Below are positions 13,230 to 26,990 of a stretch of 64,000 bases of DNA, in pieces; position 1 is the stretch's first letter, and each line of letters begins with the position of its first letter. Origin of the DNA: Lama guanicoe (Eukaryota). Made by a program: the position numbers and the translations under genes. The notes under the pieces were generated by a model. It did not search any database. It saw nothing but the letters and a program-made list of their open reading frames with translations, and was not told where the DNA came from. The stretch is from contig MU053810.1 in the NCBI GenBank assembly GCA_013239625.1, positions 5,550,071 to 5,614,070 of the forward strand, in the 5' to 3' direction.

Positions 13230-14760
13230 CTGTTTTTTAATTTTGGCCACAATGCACACAAAGGGGGAAAAATATCCAAATAGAACAAAGCATATGAAAT
13301 GAAAAGTAAATGTCTCCCTTCAGCCCACAATCCCTCCCTCGATTTCACTCCTTAGGGAAAACCACTGTTAAGAGCGCTTATAAATTTTAATTCATATGGT
13401 AATGACTAATATGCAATTAAATATTATAGTTTATCCCTCATTTAGTAATTTACTAACTTCAGACACTTTGAAAGGTGAGGAGTTTGAAACATACTTCCTC
13501 CTACATCTCATAACTCCTAGTCTTTGTTAGTAATTTTATTATCATTTTATAATATCAGTTATATTCTGTTTTGAAACTGGAATTAAGCTTTTAGCTTCAT
13601 TCTATCATATGATTTTTACATTGAAAACTAATATACAACATTTACAATATCATGATTATGAAAATATCATTTACATATGGGATCCATGGAGAAGGAAATG
13701 TAATCTAATGTCATTAAAAGCTGTCTATCTTCCAGCCAGATTCTCTTTTATTTTCTTTTGAGTTTTCTCTACTTCCTCTTAGTCCCATTCAGCTGATAAT
13801 GTGGTTGAGATCCCATTAAATCCCTGTTCTTGTATTCTTTTTTATTTTGCTGGGAAATCTTTAATAATTAAATGTGTTTATATTTATACATAAATATATA
13901 TAAACTATATATGTTAATTAAATATATAGAGTGTATGTATGTGTACTTTCAAAATTTTCTTCTTTTTGATCTTACACTTAATAATTTACCTTGGTATGGA
14001 ATTCTAATTTCAAAATATATTTTTCCTGCAGAATTTTTTTCATTATCTTTCTTCAGTCATGCAAAGGTTGCTGATAAGAAACCCGTTATCAACCTGATTC
14101 TTTTTTTGTAAATAATTTGTTTGATTCTTTGTTTTTTTGTCCTCAGGAGCTTTTCGTATTTTCTCTTTATCCTTGATTTGCACATTTTCATCAGGACAAG
14201 TCTAGACATGAGCCTTATTATCAGGCATCCTGTTTAGCATTGGGTAGAAGTTTCAATCTAAATGCATCTATGTTTCTTACATTTTCTGCATCTCTTGTAA
14301 GATAAATGTTGAAACATCAGGAGCTATCCATATTTCTTAACCTCTTTCATATTTTCTATCATTTTTTGTTATGGTTTTACATGCTTCCACTCTGATCTTT
14401 AAATACATCCATTTCATTAATTTTCCTGGCCACTAAATTTTTGTATGCTAGCTAGCATAATTTAATTTCCAAGGACACTCTTATTGCCTCATTGGTACTT
14501 TTTCATAGCTTCTTGTTCTTGTCTTATAAATGTAGTAATCTCTTGACTCTGCAGATACTAATTTGGATTTTTTGCTTGGTTTAAATTTGCTTATTTTTTT
14601 GCTCTATTTCTGTTTCCTTGAGGGTCAGGTTTTCTGTTCATTTACTTTGGATCTTCTCTTTTAGACTGTTTTTCTCTTTATCTTTGAAACATCTGGTTTT
14701 CTTATACATTCATTTGTATTTTGCGTGATTGCCTACATTGGTTCCTTTAGGCAGGTGGCA
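13230..14760 (-). mobile_element. Old, degenerate L1 (L1M-type) fragments
   Basis: T-rich antisense L1-like sequence. Boundaries are approximate. Confidence 0.55.
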
Positions 14761-14774
14761 TGGGGTCCTCTGTA

Positions 14775-15232
14775 CAGGCATACCTTGTTTTATTGGACTT
14801 CAGTTTATTGGACTTCATGGATAATACATTTTTTATAAGTTGAAGATTTGTGATAACCTGGGGTCAAGTCTCTCAGTGCCATTTTTCCAACAACATTTGC
14901 TCTCTTTGTGTCCTGGTGTGACATTTTGGTGATTCTTGCAGTACTTCAAACTTTATTATTATTATTATTATTACTATTACTATTATTATTATATTTGTTA
15001 GGGTGATCTGTGATCAGTGATCTTTGCTATTACTATTGTAACTGGTTTTTTGTTTGGGTTTTTTTTTTCATTTAGTGCATTTTTTTTTTTAGACATAATG
15101 CTGTTGCACAGTTGACAGACTACAGTATAGGATACACATAACTTTTCTATGTCCTGAGAAACAAAAAATATTTGGGACTTACTTTATCACAGTGGTCTGG
15201 AAGCAATCTGCAGTATCTCAGAGGCATTCCTG
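14775..15232 (+). mobile_element. Internally deleted Tigger1-type DNA transposon
   Basis: TA|CAGGCATACCT...GAGGCATTCCTG|TA gives terminal inverted repeats with a TA TSD. The internal sequence matches recalled Tigger1 ends. Confidence 0.88.
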
Positions 15233-15626
15233 TAATATTCAAGTTTCGTTCTCCCAGGAGGCTCACCATCTCTGAATGGTAGGGTGAGCAGGGGTTCTGC
15301 CTGGATGGATAGGAGTGTGTGGCAGTCATACTTCCCTCCAGGTGTGTAATCAGGGAACCATCAGGCAGGAACCCCACAGTCACTCAAGTTAGGAACGCTT
15401 TAACTCTTGGGGATGGAGCACTTTGGTTTACTTCACTACTGGAAAGACCTGTGTTTTCTTCCCCCACAGTAGAGCCCTTCCATGCTTCAGTTTTTACCTT
15501 GAACTCTGTCAGTCCCAGTGCCTTTTAAAACATATTTATATATTTAATACCCTTGTCTTTCTTAAGCATGTAAGTTGTCCACCACAAACTTTCCAAGAAA
15601 ATCATATGAAATCAATCAAAATTATG

Positions 15627-15858
15627 TAAATTGGGAACTTGGGATTAACATATATACACTCTACTGTATATAAAATAGATAAACAACAAGGACCTACTTA
15701 CTCTTTAGCACAGGGAACTATATTCCATCTCTTGTAATAACTTATAATGGAAAAGAATCTGAAAAAGAATATATATATATATATATGTATAACTGAATCA
15801 TTCGCTATACACTTGAAACATTGTAAATTAACTGTACTTCAAATTTTTTTAAAAATTT
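15627..15858 (+). mobile_element. Short L1 3' end
   Basis: L1 3'UTR with AATCAAAATTATG on both flanks (~15614 and ~15859). Confidence 0.85.
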
Positions 15859-16974
15859 AATCAAAATTATGAATATGGTGAAATTTAAAATCCTAAGTAT
15901 TCCATGTATAAACAACAAGTTTTCCACTCAAAATCCCAGATCTAAACCATTTATTCAGTTGTATATTTTAAACTGGAATTAAAGGACTCATCTCTTTGCA
16001 CTGGACCAAATTCTCTTTAACTTTGAAAAGATATAAAATATGAAATATGCACAGCCTCCTTTGCATAAAAATATTAATTGTATTTATTTAGTCAGTGAAA
16101 AAATTCTCATTTTAATTCTAAATTCTTCTAGGCTTACCCACCAAGAAGATAATTTTTATCATCCTGTCTCGACCAGCTAAGATTATATAATGACCAGAAA
16201 TACTGGTCCAGACTAAATGAATCCTTGCCAACAATTACAATAAGATATCCTTAGCCTTCTTAAGGTCATTTTATTAATATCCCTTAAATGTATGTGCTTG
16301 GGGGGATAAGGGTGTGGGATGGGGCGGGAATGTGTTCTCAGAACCTGTGTTACCCAAATCCTTCATCTGCTCCTTGGTCTGCCGCCTGTAGGCACTGGAC
16401 TGGATTTTTGCCTTTCCGTAGCTTTTAAGATTTGTGTATGCCTTTCCATCTGACTCTAAATACCTTTGATAAAACCTACCTCTTTTTCATGCACTTTCCA
16501 ATACTTAGGACTACACAGCTCTTGGAGGGTGTTCAAGTGATATCCAACTGAGTTCTATAGAACTCTCTTAACATTGACTTTCCTGTCACCATGGTCAAGG
16601 TCACACTACTGACAATCACTGACAGAGACAGATCAAGTGACTGCTGACCTCTAGAGGATACTTAATGCAATGAGTGATTTTTTTTCTGTACTAATATCAA
16701 CCTGGACATCATATGGTTTTAATGAATTTGAGTCAAGATAAGTAAAGTGCTCAGTGCAGTGTGTATCACGTACTTACTAAGGACTTGGTGACTGTTCTCA
16801 TTTATGGCTGCATTAAATGGTAAAGTTCCATCAATAAAATTATTCATATTTAGATTTGAGAGAAGCTTTTAAGCATATATTTAGATGACTGGTGTTTTAT
16901 ATCTCTCATATCTTCCCCTTTGTTTTGAGCATATTTTATTAACGTATCATTACAACAACAATTGAGATTTAGAA

Positions 16975-17195
16975 CAGAGTTTCTCAACTTTAGCACTGTT
17001 GACATTTGGGGCTAGATAATTCTTTGTCATGAGGGGCTGTCCCGTGGGCATCATAGAAGGTTTAGCAGCATCGCTGGTTCCTACCCACTAGACCTCAGTA
17101 ACAACCTCTCTCCAGTTGTGACAACCCAAAATGTCTCCAGACCTTGCCAAATGTCTCCTAGGAAGGGCAGAACCACCCCTGCTTGGGAACCACTG
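16975..17195 (-). mobile_element. MER20 (hAT-Charlie MITE)
   Basis: CAGAGTTTCTCAAC...GACATTTGGGGC...GTTGTGACAACCCAAAATGTCTCCAGAC...GGGAACCACTG, with TIRs visible. Confidence 0.85.
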
Positions 17196-18451
17196 TTTCA
17201 TAGTGATACCGATTTGTGTCCTTAAAAAAAAAAAGTATTTTCCTTTTTGCTTCCCTGAACTCAGTTTCTATTTTTGGAGCTCTCTATCTTTTACCCTAAA
17301 AGCCACATAGAATTTGTCATCACTTCCTTTTTCTCCCAAGCTCATGATCTAAAGGTGAGAGTGTGATTGAGATTAAATTCAAAGCTTTCTTTAAATTAAT
17401 AATCAACCTGTGGTGGGGGAGGGGAATGTTTTCCCGTAACCCATCAGAGAGCACTCCTCCTTGTCAGTCTGACTGCTTCTTCAGCCAGTTGCTGGTGAAG
17501 AGAACTTCAGAGTGTGTTCCATTGAGGAAAGTGGTATGTTCCCACACTAATGCAAAACATCATATCCTTCTAGTTAAGCATTTCAAAGAGCTGTTTCTAA
17601 TTATGGTTACTAGAAAAATAATGGCTTGCCAGCCATCTATTTATGATACAGTTAATTCCTCTTTATTGAAATATTGTAGGTTTTTGGTGAAAGGAATCAA
17701 TTTCCTAGAGGCTTCCGGACAACCATTGAATATTTTAATTTGAAGTGTAAAACATCATATGATTATGTGGTAACCTTAGACTGCTATTAGCATTTTATGA
17801 TCAGTAAATATTGAATAATGAGTGAATGGATGAATGAACATAAGTATATGTTGGATTTTATCACATGGAAACTCTGTATTTATTGTTACCAAAAAATCAT
17901 CCCAATAGTGTAGTTAATTGCTTTCTAGAAAAGGGAGTTGTTATAAGGGCATTATGTATCACTGTTAAAAGTTGGGATTTGGGGAAAGAAAGAATGATTT
18001 AATTGATCAACCTATCATGAAATAATCCTAAGGAATATTTCTCTTGTTAGTGATTTGAATATCAGTTCAGTTGTTCATTTTAGATAAGACTGCAAAATTG
18101 GAGTATGTTATTCAGTGAACTGTTACATCGGTTAAATCAGGTTTGTGGGGGAGATTTTGTGTCTGTCCTCTGTGTTCAGGTCTAGAAAATTGCTTGCCAA
18201 GAGGGGAGAACATATTTAGACAATTGAAATTCCACAGTTCATCTTCCCACATTCTTGGGGAAAAAATGTGAGTGCTCAACATTCATCCAAAATAACCAAA
18301 CCAATCTATTACCTTTGGTCCTAGTTACCTCTCAAGGACTTTTTACCACAGAGTAACACATTTATCAATACCCATAAACCCTACAGTACCTTCTACAATG
18401 AATACTATCAAAAAATTACTATATGATAAAAAGCTTTTTCTATATTGAAAA

Positions 18452-18878
18452 TGTGGTACACCAGGAAATGTTTAACATGAAGCAATCAAAAAAAGAAATT
18501 CTGATTTGTAGCATTTGCCAGTTTCCCTGATGTAAATACTCCCGCTGTGGCCACTGTCAAGCTACACCTGTGACTTCCCTGCATTAGATCCAGAGTTCTC
18601 ACTAACACACATTATACCTAATAATATGAAGAAGGTAGTATTGCCATCCTACAGCTAGAAGAGACATAAATAACCTTAAGAGTATAGATAGTAGCAAAAT
18701 GTATTAAAATAATTATGAAAATTATGAGTTTTGAGTGTTTATTACTTTTGTTTTTATTTATTTTACTTGGTTATAAGTTTTATCATTGAATGTTCACTCA
18801 CGGCTGTATTTGACAATTGGCTCTCAAAATTCCTGAAATTTTAGCAATCAGCCAGACCAGCTCCAGGAACACACCGCT
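18452..18878 (-). mobile_element. MER63-type hAT-Blackjack element
   Basis: GATTTGTAGCATTTGCCAGTTTCC...GTAAATACTCCC...AAAATTCCTGAAATTTT...CCAGCTCCAG matches recalled MER63 in antisense. Confidence 0.72.
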
Positions 18879-19084
18879 AAGATTTTTTCAATTGTATGTA
18901 AGTTTTCAAAAGGTCAGTAGGTATTTGAAACATGTGTTTCTTGAGTATTTTATAGCAATTTCCTTGCAGTATTAGTGTATGTTGGTTTGCTTCTGTAGGT
19001 CTAGTGCCTAAAACAAGAGCTGGCATATACCAAGTTCTCAATAAACATTGAGTAATTGACTGATCTTAAGAACATAAAAAATGC

Positions 19085-19176
19085 AGGAGGAGGGTATAGC
19101 TCAGTGGTAGAGCACATGCTTAGCATTTGTGAGGTTCTGGGTTCAATCCCCAGTACCTCCATTAAAGAAAAAAAAA
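19085..19176 (+). mobile_element. Vic-1-like SINE
   Basis: GGAGGGTATAGCTCAGTGGTAGAG (A box), GGGTTCAATCCC (B box) and an A tail. Confidence 0.88.
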
Positions 19177-19769
19177 TGTGAGAAATAGACCTGGTAAATC
19201 ACAGGAAAGTTGTTGATATTACCTCAAACTATCTCTGAATTAAAAACCTGTATCATTGGATAGAGGTGGTCTTAACCTGCATATGGATCCCATAATAATA
19301 AGTAAAAGGTTCCTTCCTAGACAGTCTGCACATTTTCTTCCTAGCATCACGAAGAGTCTAAAGGGACCCTTGGCCCCAGCAAACCCTCCCAACTTATTTC
19401 ATTGTTAGGTGTTATCTTTTTTGACAATTACCTCCTCCAAGGAGGCCATGTTTCTTAAGAGTGTGAAGAAAAAAAAAGGTAAACTCCCTGTACAGGGACA
19501 AATGCTCCTCTTCACTTCTGCCACCTCCTCAATACAGTAAGCTTGGGAGGAAACATCCTTACCTTCCAAGCGCTCTTCAACAATGTCCACAGCAATGTGC
19601 TTTTTGTTCTCCGTCTACACTATAGCCTACTTTACCAAAACTGTCCTCTCAAAGGTCTCCAAGCCCCTTCTCCTTGCTTCATCTAATGACCTCTTTCAGC
19701 CTACATCCTATCGAATTTCATCCTAGCACTTGGCCCTAATGAACACCCATTCTTTCTTGAACATTTCCT

Positions 19770-20175
19770 ACTTGTAATCATTCACTCATTCCACAAATAC
19801 TTACTGCGTTTTCTAGAGTCAGACGTCACTCTGGACATTGGAGAATCAGCCACGAATAAGGCAGACAAGGTCTTTGTCTCTCAGAGGGTCTGGTTTAATG
19901 GAGAAAGACAACAAATAAGTGAAGCAAATAAATCAACAAGTTTTTTAATAAAGTGAAAGCTTCTCTAAGGAGGTGACTTGGAGCTAAGACTTAGACAAGG
20001 TAAAGCCACTCAGTGATCTCAGGTGTAAAGTGTTGCAGGTAGAACCAAGTGCAAAGGCCCTAAGGAGGACTGAGCTTGGTCAAATTCAGGAACAGAAAGG
20101 CCAGAGTAGCTAGTGTAGAAGGCCAGTGGCAGACCACATGCCCCATGAGGTCAGACAGGCAGGCAGGTCAGATTC
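19770..20175 (-). mobile_element. L2 3' fragment
   Basis: CATTCACTCATTCCACAAATACTTACTG...AAGTGCAAAGGCCCTAAGG is a typical antisense L2 3' end. Confidence 0.65.
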
Positions 20176-20679
20176 GTGGTTCTCCTATAGCTCTGCCCTT
20201 CGGTCTCCTCCAGGGGCACTTTCTGCTAAGTGTCATCCCCTTTCAGCAGCCCCTGGTCCTTCTCTTTATGCTCTCCCCCCAGGACCCTGCCAGTAGCTCG
20301 CAGATTGATTACTCAGCAGTTAGAATCAGTTTCTTCCTTTTTGGTTCTCTCTGTTGACCTTTTTATACCCAGACCTCATATACTCTTCAATTTTTCAATC
20401 ATTCTGGAAGCTTCTTAAGTATGGAGAGTTCGTCTTATTTATTTTCAGCAAAGACCAAGACTTTCCTGTTGTTTTTCTTTGGGTTTTGGTTCTTTGCTAT
20501 GTAAGTACAAAATAAATGTCATTTTGTTTGTTTAATTGAATAAGTGGATGTTTAAAGAATGTTACCCTTACAAAATATGAAAAAAAATATGCTTCAAACA
20601 TAGCTTACAAATTTAAGCCCTAGCAAAAAAAAAAAAAGGACATGTTGATGAGAAACAGTCAAATATAATGTTTGAGAGC

Positions 20680-20860
20680 AAAAGTCTGAGTCTAGACTTC
20701 TGGGGAAAAAATCCCAGCCCTGCTGCTTACTAACTGTGACCTTGCACAAGTTGCTTAACTTCTCATGCGTTTGCTTTCTCATCTGTAAAATGGGGATATA
20801 TGCATCCCATGGGGTTATTTTTTTAGGTTGAATGAATGAAGGCATATGAAGTCCTAGAAA
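20680..20860 (+). mobile_element. MIR SINE
   Basis: MIR core ACTGTGACCTTGCACAAGTTGCTTAACTTCTC...TTTCTCATCTGTAAAATGGGGAT. Confidence 0.8.
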
Positions 20861-21470
20861 AGAACACAGAACTCCATAATTATTGGCTATTTATTTACTG
20901 ATGAGCTGAAAAACTTCGCAGTACACTTTGGTCGATTATGAATGGAGTGGACTTGATTTTCAGTTATGTGTCCAGCAACCCTTGTTTCATTTTTAGCAAG
21001 TTTTGGAGTGCCCCCAAAAGTCATCTCATTACGAGTAAAATCACCATAGCCAAGAAACTAAGGGTTTGACTAAAAGAATCATCGCCTGACTTAACTTACT
21101 TGATTTGTGGTTAGAACTCCTGTTGACGGCACTGCAGGGCAACAGAAAGTTCACGTTTTTCCTTCTAAGGAGACTGTTAGTAAACTTCACTCGACATACC
21201 GCAAACTGCAGTAATTCCTAAAGAGCAAGCCAGGAGGAAAATGTGTCGCTTAGAAACAGAGGGAACTGGGAAGGCAAGACTGGCCCTTGTTTGAAAGCTG
21301 AGGAGTTCTGATGCATCCAGGCAGGTCTTGAGACATTTTCTCAGGGAAGTGAGAAGTTGCTACTGAGCCTCTACATACTTTCAGCAACCAGCCCCTTTCC
21401 CATCCCCCCCACTCCGCCCCCTCCCATCACATTCATCATTAGATCAAATTGTGATTTAAATACAATGATG

Positions 21471-21613
21471 TGAGGGAGGGTATAGCTCAGTGGTAGGGTG
21501 CTTGCCTAGCATGCATGAAGTCCTGGGTTCAATCCCCAGTACCTCCATTTTAAAATAAATAAATAGATTAGATTATAGCATGATGTCCTTAAAAAAATAA
21601 AATAAAAATATAT
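21471..21613 (+). mobile_element. Vic-1-like SINE
   Basis: A and B boxes and an A-rich tail. TSD ATACAATGATG at 21460-21470 and 21614-21624. Confidence 0.9.
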
Positions 21614-22499
21614 ATACAATGATGAAACCAGATTTGAGGAAATTGTCTTAGCATGTGTTTGGGCTCTCTTCATGTGTTTAGGAATATCACAGTACCTTGA
21701 GAAGTTAATTAATTTCTTCCACTAGCTGCTAGGGAGATAGCAAATCAGCGGCTGAGAAGGCAGTTGTTTTTCCATGTTTTAGTCACCTCAGTTGTCCAGA
21801 TATGTGACAACCACCGGCACCACGACTGCATATGAGTGTTGGTCTGATTAACAAAGCACTTTTGTCTCTCTGCCCCCGCCTTTTAAACTTTTTAGGGAGT
21901 TAAGGTTGTCAATAGTGAGAGAGAATTAAGCTTTGATTTTGAAGAGAGCAGAGCTAATGGCAGGAATTGTTAAAATGAGCTGAATAACACCCGGGAAAAA
22001 ATGTGACTCATCTTTCGTGGATGAAACCTCATGATTTATAATGAGCAGACAGTGGGCTGACATTTTGTGGGTAGAATTTTTTGGTTATTAAGGTTCTTTG
22101 CTGTTCACTGGCTCAATCCATTTTCCGTTTGTTTATTTGTAACTTTTGTTTGTTTGTTTTACAAAGCATCCTGCGTTTCTGTAATTTTACAAAATGACCT
22201 TGGGTGAGATGGAGTAATCAGATTAGAAACAGTGATTTGAGGACTGTAAAAAATCCCTAGCTACTACTACTGATTTTATTTCTTCTAAAGAAAATGGACT
22301 AGTATATTATGTTAATTATATTAATCTCTGATTTCAAAAATGAATCAAGAAAGAAATAACGACTCTATTTGTGAGCCTTAAGCCTAAGCAGATGCTGCAT
22401 TGTTGAAACATGACATTAAAGGAATACATTCTTTAAATTTCTTATTTTTGCTTTAAAGACCACAGCTGGCTAAGTTATTGAGATTAATACACTTTTAAT

Positions 22500-22990
22500 G
22501 TTTTTTATATGCACAGCAGTCATAAATTTATTAAATATAACTTCCACCTAACCCCTCCCCTTTAAAAAGGGTACAAAATAGACCATTTCCCAGCAGCCCT
22601 TAGGAACACTCCTTCACCTCCTTGTCTTTCTTAATCACTAGAAGACCCCCACTGCCAAGAGGTCATCCCTATCCTGACTTTTATGGATAAAAGTCTTCAC
22701 TTGTTTGTCCTTTTATCCCTCCTGTACACAGACAGCCCTACGCATGATAGAGTCACCGTGCCCATTTTTGCGATTTTTATGTGAATGAAATCACACTCTG
22801 AGTTTATATGCTTTGGAGACTCGCTCTTTTTCCCACTAAGTATTGCATTTCCAAGGTTGGTCTATGATGTTTGTTTACAAGATATTCCATTGTAGAACCT
22901 GTATGACAGTATGTGTATCCACTACTGTTAATGGACATTTGAGCCATTTCTAGTTTCTAAGCACTAATAGAATCACAGCGCAATAATGAA
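22500..22990 (-). mobile_element. Old L1ME-like 3' fragment
   Basis: Degenerate ATTCCATTGTA...ATCCACTACTGTTAATGGACATTTG...TTTCTAGTTT antisense L1 motifs. Confidence 0.55.
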
Positions 22991-25960
22991 TGCTTATAAT
23001 TATGAATCTGAGCCATCAAGAAAAGGTACACTTGGTGTCCATATCTTTGATAGAAGAATATATGGAATTGGGGGTTATTTACATTAGAATGCATCTAAAC
23101 ATGATCTCTTTGAGCACATGGAGTGCCTTTTAATATCAGAAAATTCACTTATTAGAATGTCCTAATAAAAAGATGTAATTACATTCAGTTAACTACACTG
23201 AACTGGGAAGCAGACCACTAGGAAGCTCCATGTGGTGAACAGATTTTCCCATCCTTCCATTTTTCTCTCCAGAAGATAACAGTAGTGAGTTTCTTCCATG
23301 CACATTTTAAGGAGTCGCAATGCTTGCATAGTTCTTTGAACACATCAAAATGAGACAACATAAATCCAGTATCACAATCATAAAGTCATGCAGAAAATGA
23401 CACATTAGTCTGCCGATACACAACAGATAAGAATTTTATGTGCAATGGTACGATGTCGGGAAATATACAATATACTATATACAAGGGTAGGAAAAATAAT
23501 ATTTTAAACATCTGAGCATGTGAGTGAATGTAATAGCCAGGGAGGTGAATGAATCTTGGATAATGCTCTAGCCTACAAGGAACAGACCATTCATTTATTC
23601 ATTCATCATGGATTTCTTAGGCACCAGCTAGGTGTTAGACCACAGTGATACTAATGCCAGTGGACAGAGTTTCTCCTCATGACATGCTGCGGACTTCTGG
23701 GGAAGGGAGGTATATTAGATAACTATTTGCAAATACTGAGTGATTGGTGCTACCACAGAGGAATATGCAATGGATAACAAAAAGACGTTCTCTCTCTGAG
23801 AAGATCAGAGATCTTATAAAAGGAAGAAAAGTTTGAATTGGGTCCTAAAATGTAGGTTGGCATCAGCCCTGGGTGCCCAAAGGGGAGGTCCTTCCCACTG
23901 TGCAGAAGTTTGGCTGTCATTAGCATCACAAATACTCATTGAATGAACAGATGGTCATGAAAAAGGAATATTCTAGGAAAAATAAGTAAGCCAATTGGAG
24001 AGAAGCATACAGAGCAACAGGAATAACATTCTTTAAATAGTTAATGTTTATCAGGAACTTATGTGCCAGACAGTGTGTTTAGCATTTTACATATGATAGC
24101 TCCCGTATTCCTCACACTGGCCCCGTGAAAGATGTCTATTGGTGCCTCCAGACATATGATCTGTGTCTGTTTAGAAAGGTCCTACCTTTGGGTTGATACT
24201 CTGTTAGTGCTTCCTTGAAATTCTTTATACTATTGAACAAAAGGTACTACATTTTCATTTGGCACTGTGCCCAACAAGTTATGTGGCCAACCCAGAGTGT
24301 CCCCATGTTTAGCTGCAGAAACTGGGACCCCTAGAGGGAAGTGACTGGTCCTAGGCCACTCGATTGTTAAGCAGAAGAACTAAGAGTCCAGCCTAGTTCC
24401 AGCATCCATCCTGTGATGCTGACTCCTGCTGTCTTAACTCCTGTGCTAGTTTTTTTTTTTTCTGCTCTCCATTTTCAAGATAAATTAACAACAGAAGATA
24501 GGAGAAACTATCATTAATCCGAGCTAGGACACTGAAATGGAAAGAAAAAAAAATCAGTGGAGAAAAGAAAAAATGAATTGAATGGTTCATTTAGGAATGA
24601 ATGAAACATGATTATCATCAATGCTACCTTGAGTTAAATGTGGAAATCCGAAATAAATAGTAAATGCCAAGCTTTCCCTCAAAGTAAGCAGAGCTCTGAA
24701 ATCAAAATCTTCTTCCAGAGTGGCTTTGCTCAGCCTTGGTTATCCAAAGTGCAATTTGATGTTGACCCAGCTCTGCTCCTTCTCAGTAATTTGTACAAGA
24801 AAAGGCAAGAGCAGAAGGTCTGCGGTGTTATCATCCAGGGAGAAGAGCAGATGGGACTCCCATCAGGACGGGTGTGCCCTCTGACTGCATTAGATTACAT
24901 ACTGCGAGTAAACCAGATCTATTCGGATGCTGAATAAGCTCAGCTCACTTGAAGGGAGTTCTACCTTAAGATAGCCCCATCTTCCTTTGGACTGTGGTAC
25001 CTTACTCCTCTAACCACTGCATACACTTCAGTGTTTTATTTATAGTTCTTCACATTAGCTCAGTGAGTACGAAATACTGATTTTTAGAAAGCATTTCCCT
25101 AGGCCACCCTTCCTTGAAGACTAATGAGTCAAATTTCCATGATATGAAAAAATGATATTCTAGAACATTCCTGATTTGTTCATTCCGTTTGGGATCGGGC
25201 CTTAAAATGTGTTTTTATGTTATTCCAAAGCACCTGTGGATTTCAGAGTCCCCATCAAGTGACCACAAAAGAGCATGCCTGTTCTAGAAAGAGCATGTAT
25301 TTTTCATAAGGATGTCCATTGCATGTTCATAATGAAAACAAGCCAGTTCTCTTTAGATTCATTTCTTCAGTCTCCAAAATATCAGATGGACTTCAAGGCT
25401 ATCTTGGGGAAGTATGCGCATCTGGAAATATTAAATTGCCCCAGCAGTGTTTTTAATGACCACATTCATGCCTGGCTCTACGGAGGGCAGAAGGTTAAAA
25501 GTCCCCCTGAACGACTTCCTCTCTGAATCAGCAGCATTCCGCCTGCTGGGGCCTCTGGAATCAGGACTGAGTGGGGACTGGCAGGGCTGGTCGTAGACTT
25601 TGGGGCACAGGAAACTTGTGGCAAAGATGCAAGTGAAGGCAGAATGGGAATTGAAGACAGATCCAAAGTGCCGTAGGTTGGAGGCAGAGAGGTAAGATGC
25701 AACAGGAAGAAGAAGAGCTTCTGGTGGGGAGCTGGTGAGATTCTGCAGCCAGTTCTGAAAAGAGAGCCTAAACAGATCCAAGACACCTGGAGACAGGGTA
25801 TGTCATGGCAGCCTCCAGCCAACAGTCTCAGGGTGTTAAAAGACATCAAATGCTAGATTTCATGGTATAAGTTCAAGGACTACAAGAATTCAAGGTTCAA
25901 AGGCTGAATGATGAACCAGCAAAGTGGTAGAGAAAACAGGAGATTCATGTGGCCCTAAAG

Positions 25961-26127
25961 CAGTAGTTTCCTATCTTGGCTGCACATTAGCATCACCAGG
26001 GGAGCTCTTCAAACTCCACATGCCCAAGCTGCATCCCAGACCAAATAAGCCAGAACCTCAGGGGGTGGAATTCAGGCACCTAAAGGTCCCCAGTGATTCC
26101 ACTTTGGGGCAAAGCTGAGAACCTCTG
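25961..26127. mobile_element. MER5A-type hAT-Charlie MITE
   Basis: CAGTAGTTTCC...TGGCTGCACATTAGCATCACCAGGGGAGCT...GCTGAGAACCTCTG. Confidence 0.75.
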
Positions 26128-26359
26128 GTGTCAGGCAAGTGGGAGTGTTTACCTGGGTGTTTTTGGACTGGTTTACCTGCTTCTGTACCCTGTGCATCCT
26201 AAGTCACAGGTCCATCACAATTACACTTCAGAATACTTAAATTTAAGTTATGCAGTTTGTCCGTACATACAGTTAGGCAGTTCTACTAACCAAGTCTCAA
26301 CACATATCATCGAAGACTGGGGCTTCTATAACCAACAGCTCATTCTGTCACCCTAATTT

Positions 26360-26990
26360 AAAAGGGATATATATCTTGCAAAAACCAAAACTCCAATTCA
26401 AAAAGATGCATGCACCCCAGTGTTCATAGCAGCACTAGTTATAATAGCCAAGACATGGAAACAACCCAAGTGCCCATCAACAGATGATTGCTTTAAGAAG
26501 ATGTTATATATATGTATATATACATACATACATACATACATACATACATACTGTGGAATATTACTTAGCCATAAAAAAGAATGAAATATTGCCATTTGCA
26601 GCAATATGGGTGGACCTAGAGAATATTTAGTGAAGTAAGACAAAGACAAACACTGCATGACATCATTTATATGTGGAGTCTGAAAAGTAATACAAATAGA
26701 TCTATATATAAAACAGAAACAAACTCAGACATACAAAACCAATTTATGTTACCAAAGGAGAGGGGCAAGGAGGACAGATTAGGGGAATAGGATTAACAGA
26801 TACAAACTACTATACATAAAATAGGTAAGCAACAAGGATTTACCATATAGCACAGGGAATTATATTCAATATTTTATAATAATATATAATTTTAATAGAA
26901 TATAATCGGAAAAAATAACTGAATCATTATGCAGTATACCTGAAGTTAACATAATATTGTAAATCAACTATACTTCAATTAAAAAAAAAG
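26360..26990 (+). mobile_element. 5'-truncated L1 with internal (TACA)n
   Basis: ORF2 end (ATGCACCCCAGTGTTCATAGCAGCAC...), 3'UTR and A tail. Confidence 0.88.

Noticed and set aside
25431..25849. Overlapping 116- and 123-aa ORFs
   Set aside because: No recognisable protein. Probably degenerate ancient repeat (L2-like) or chance ORFs.
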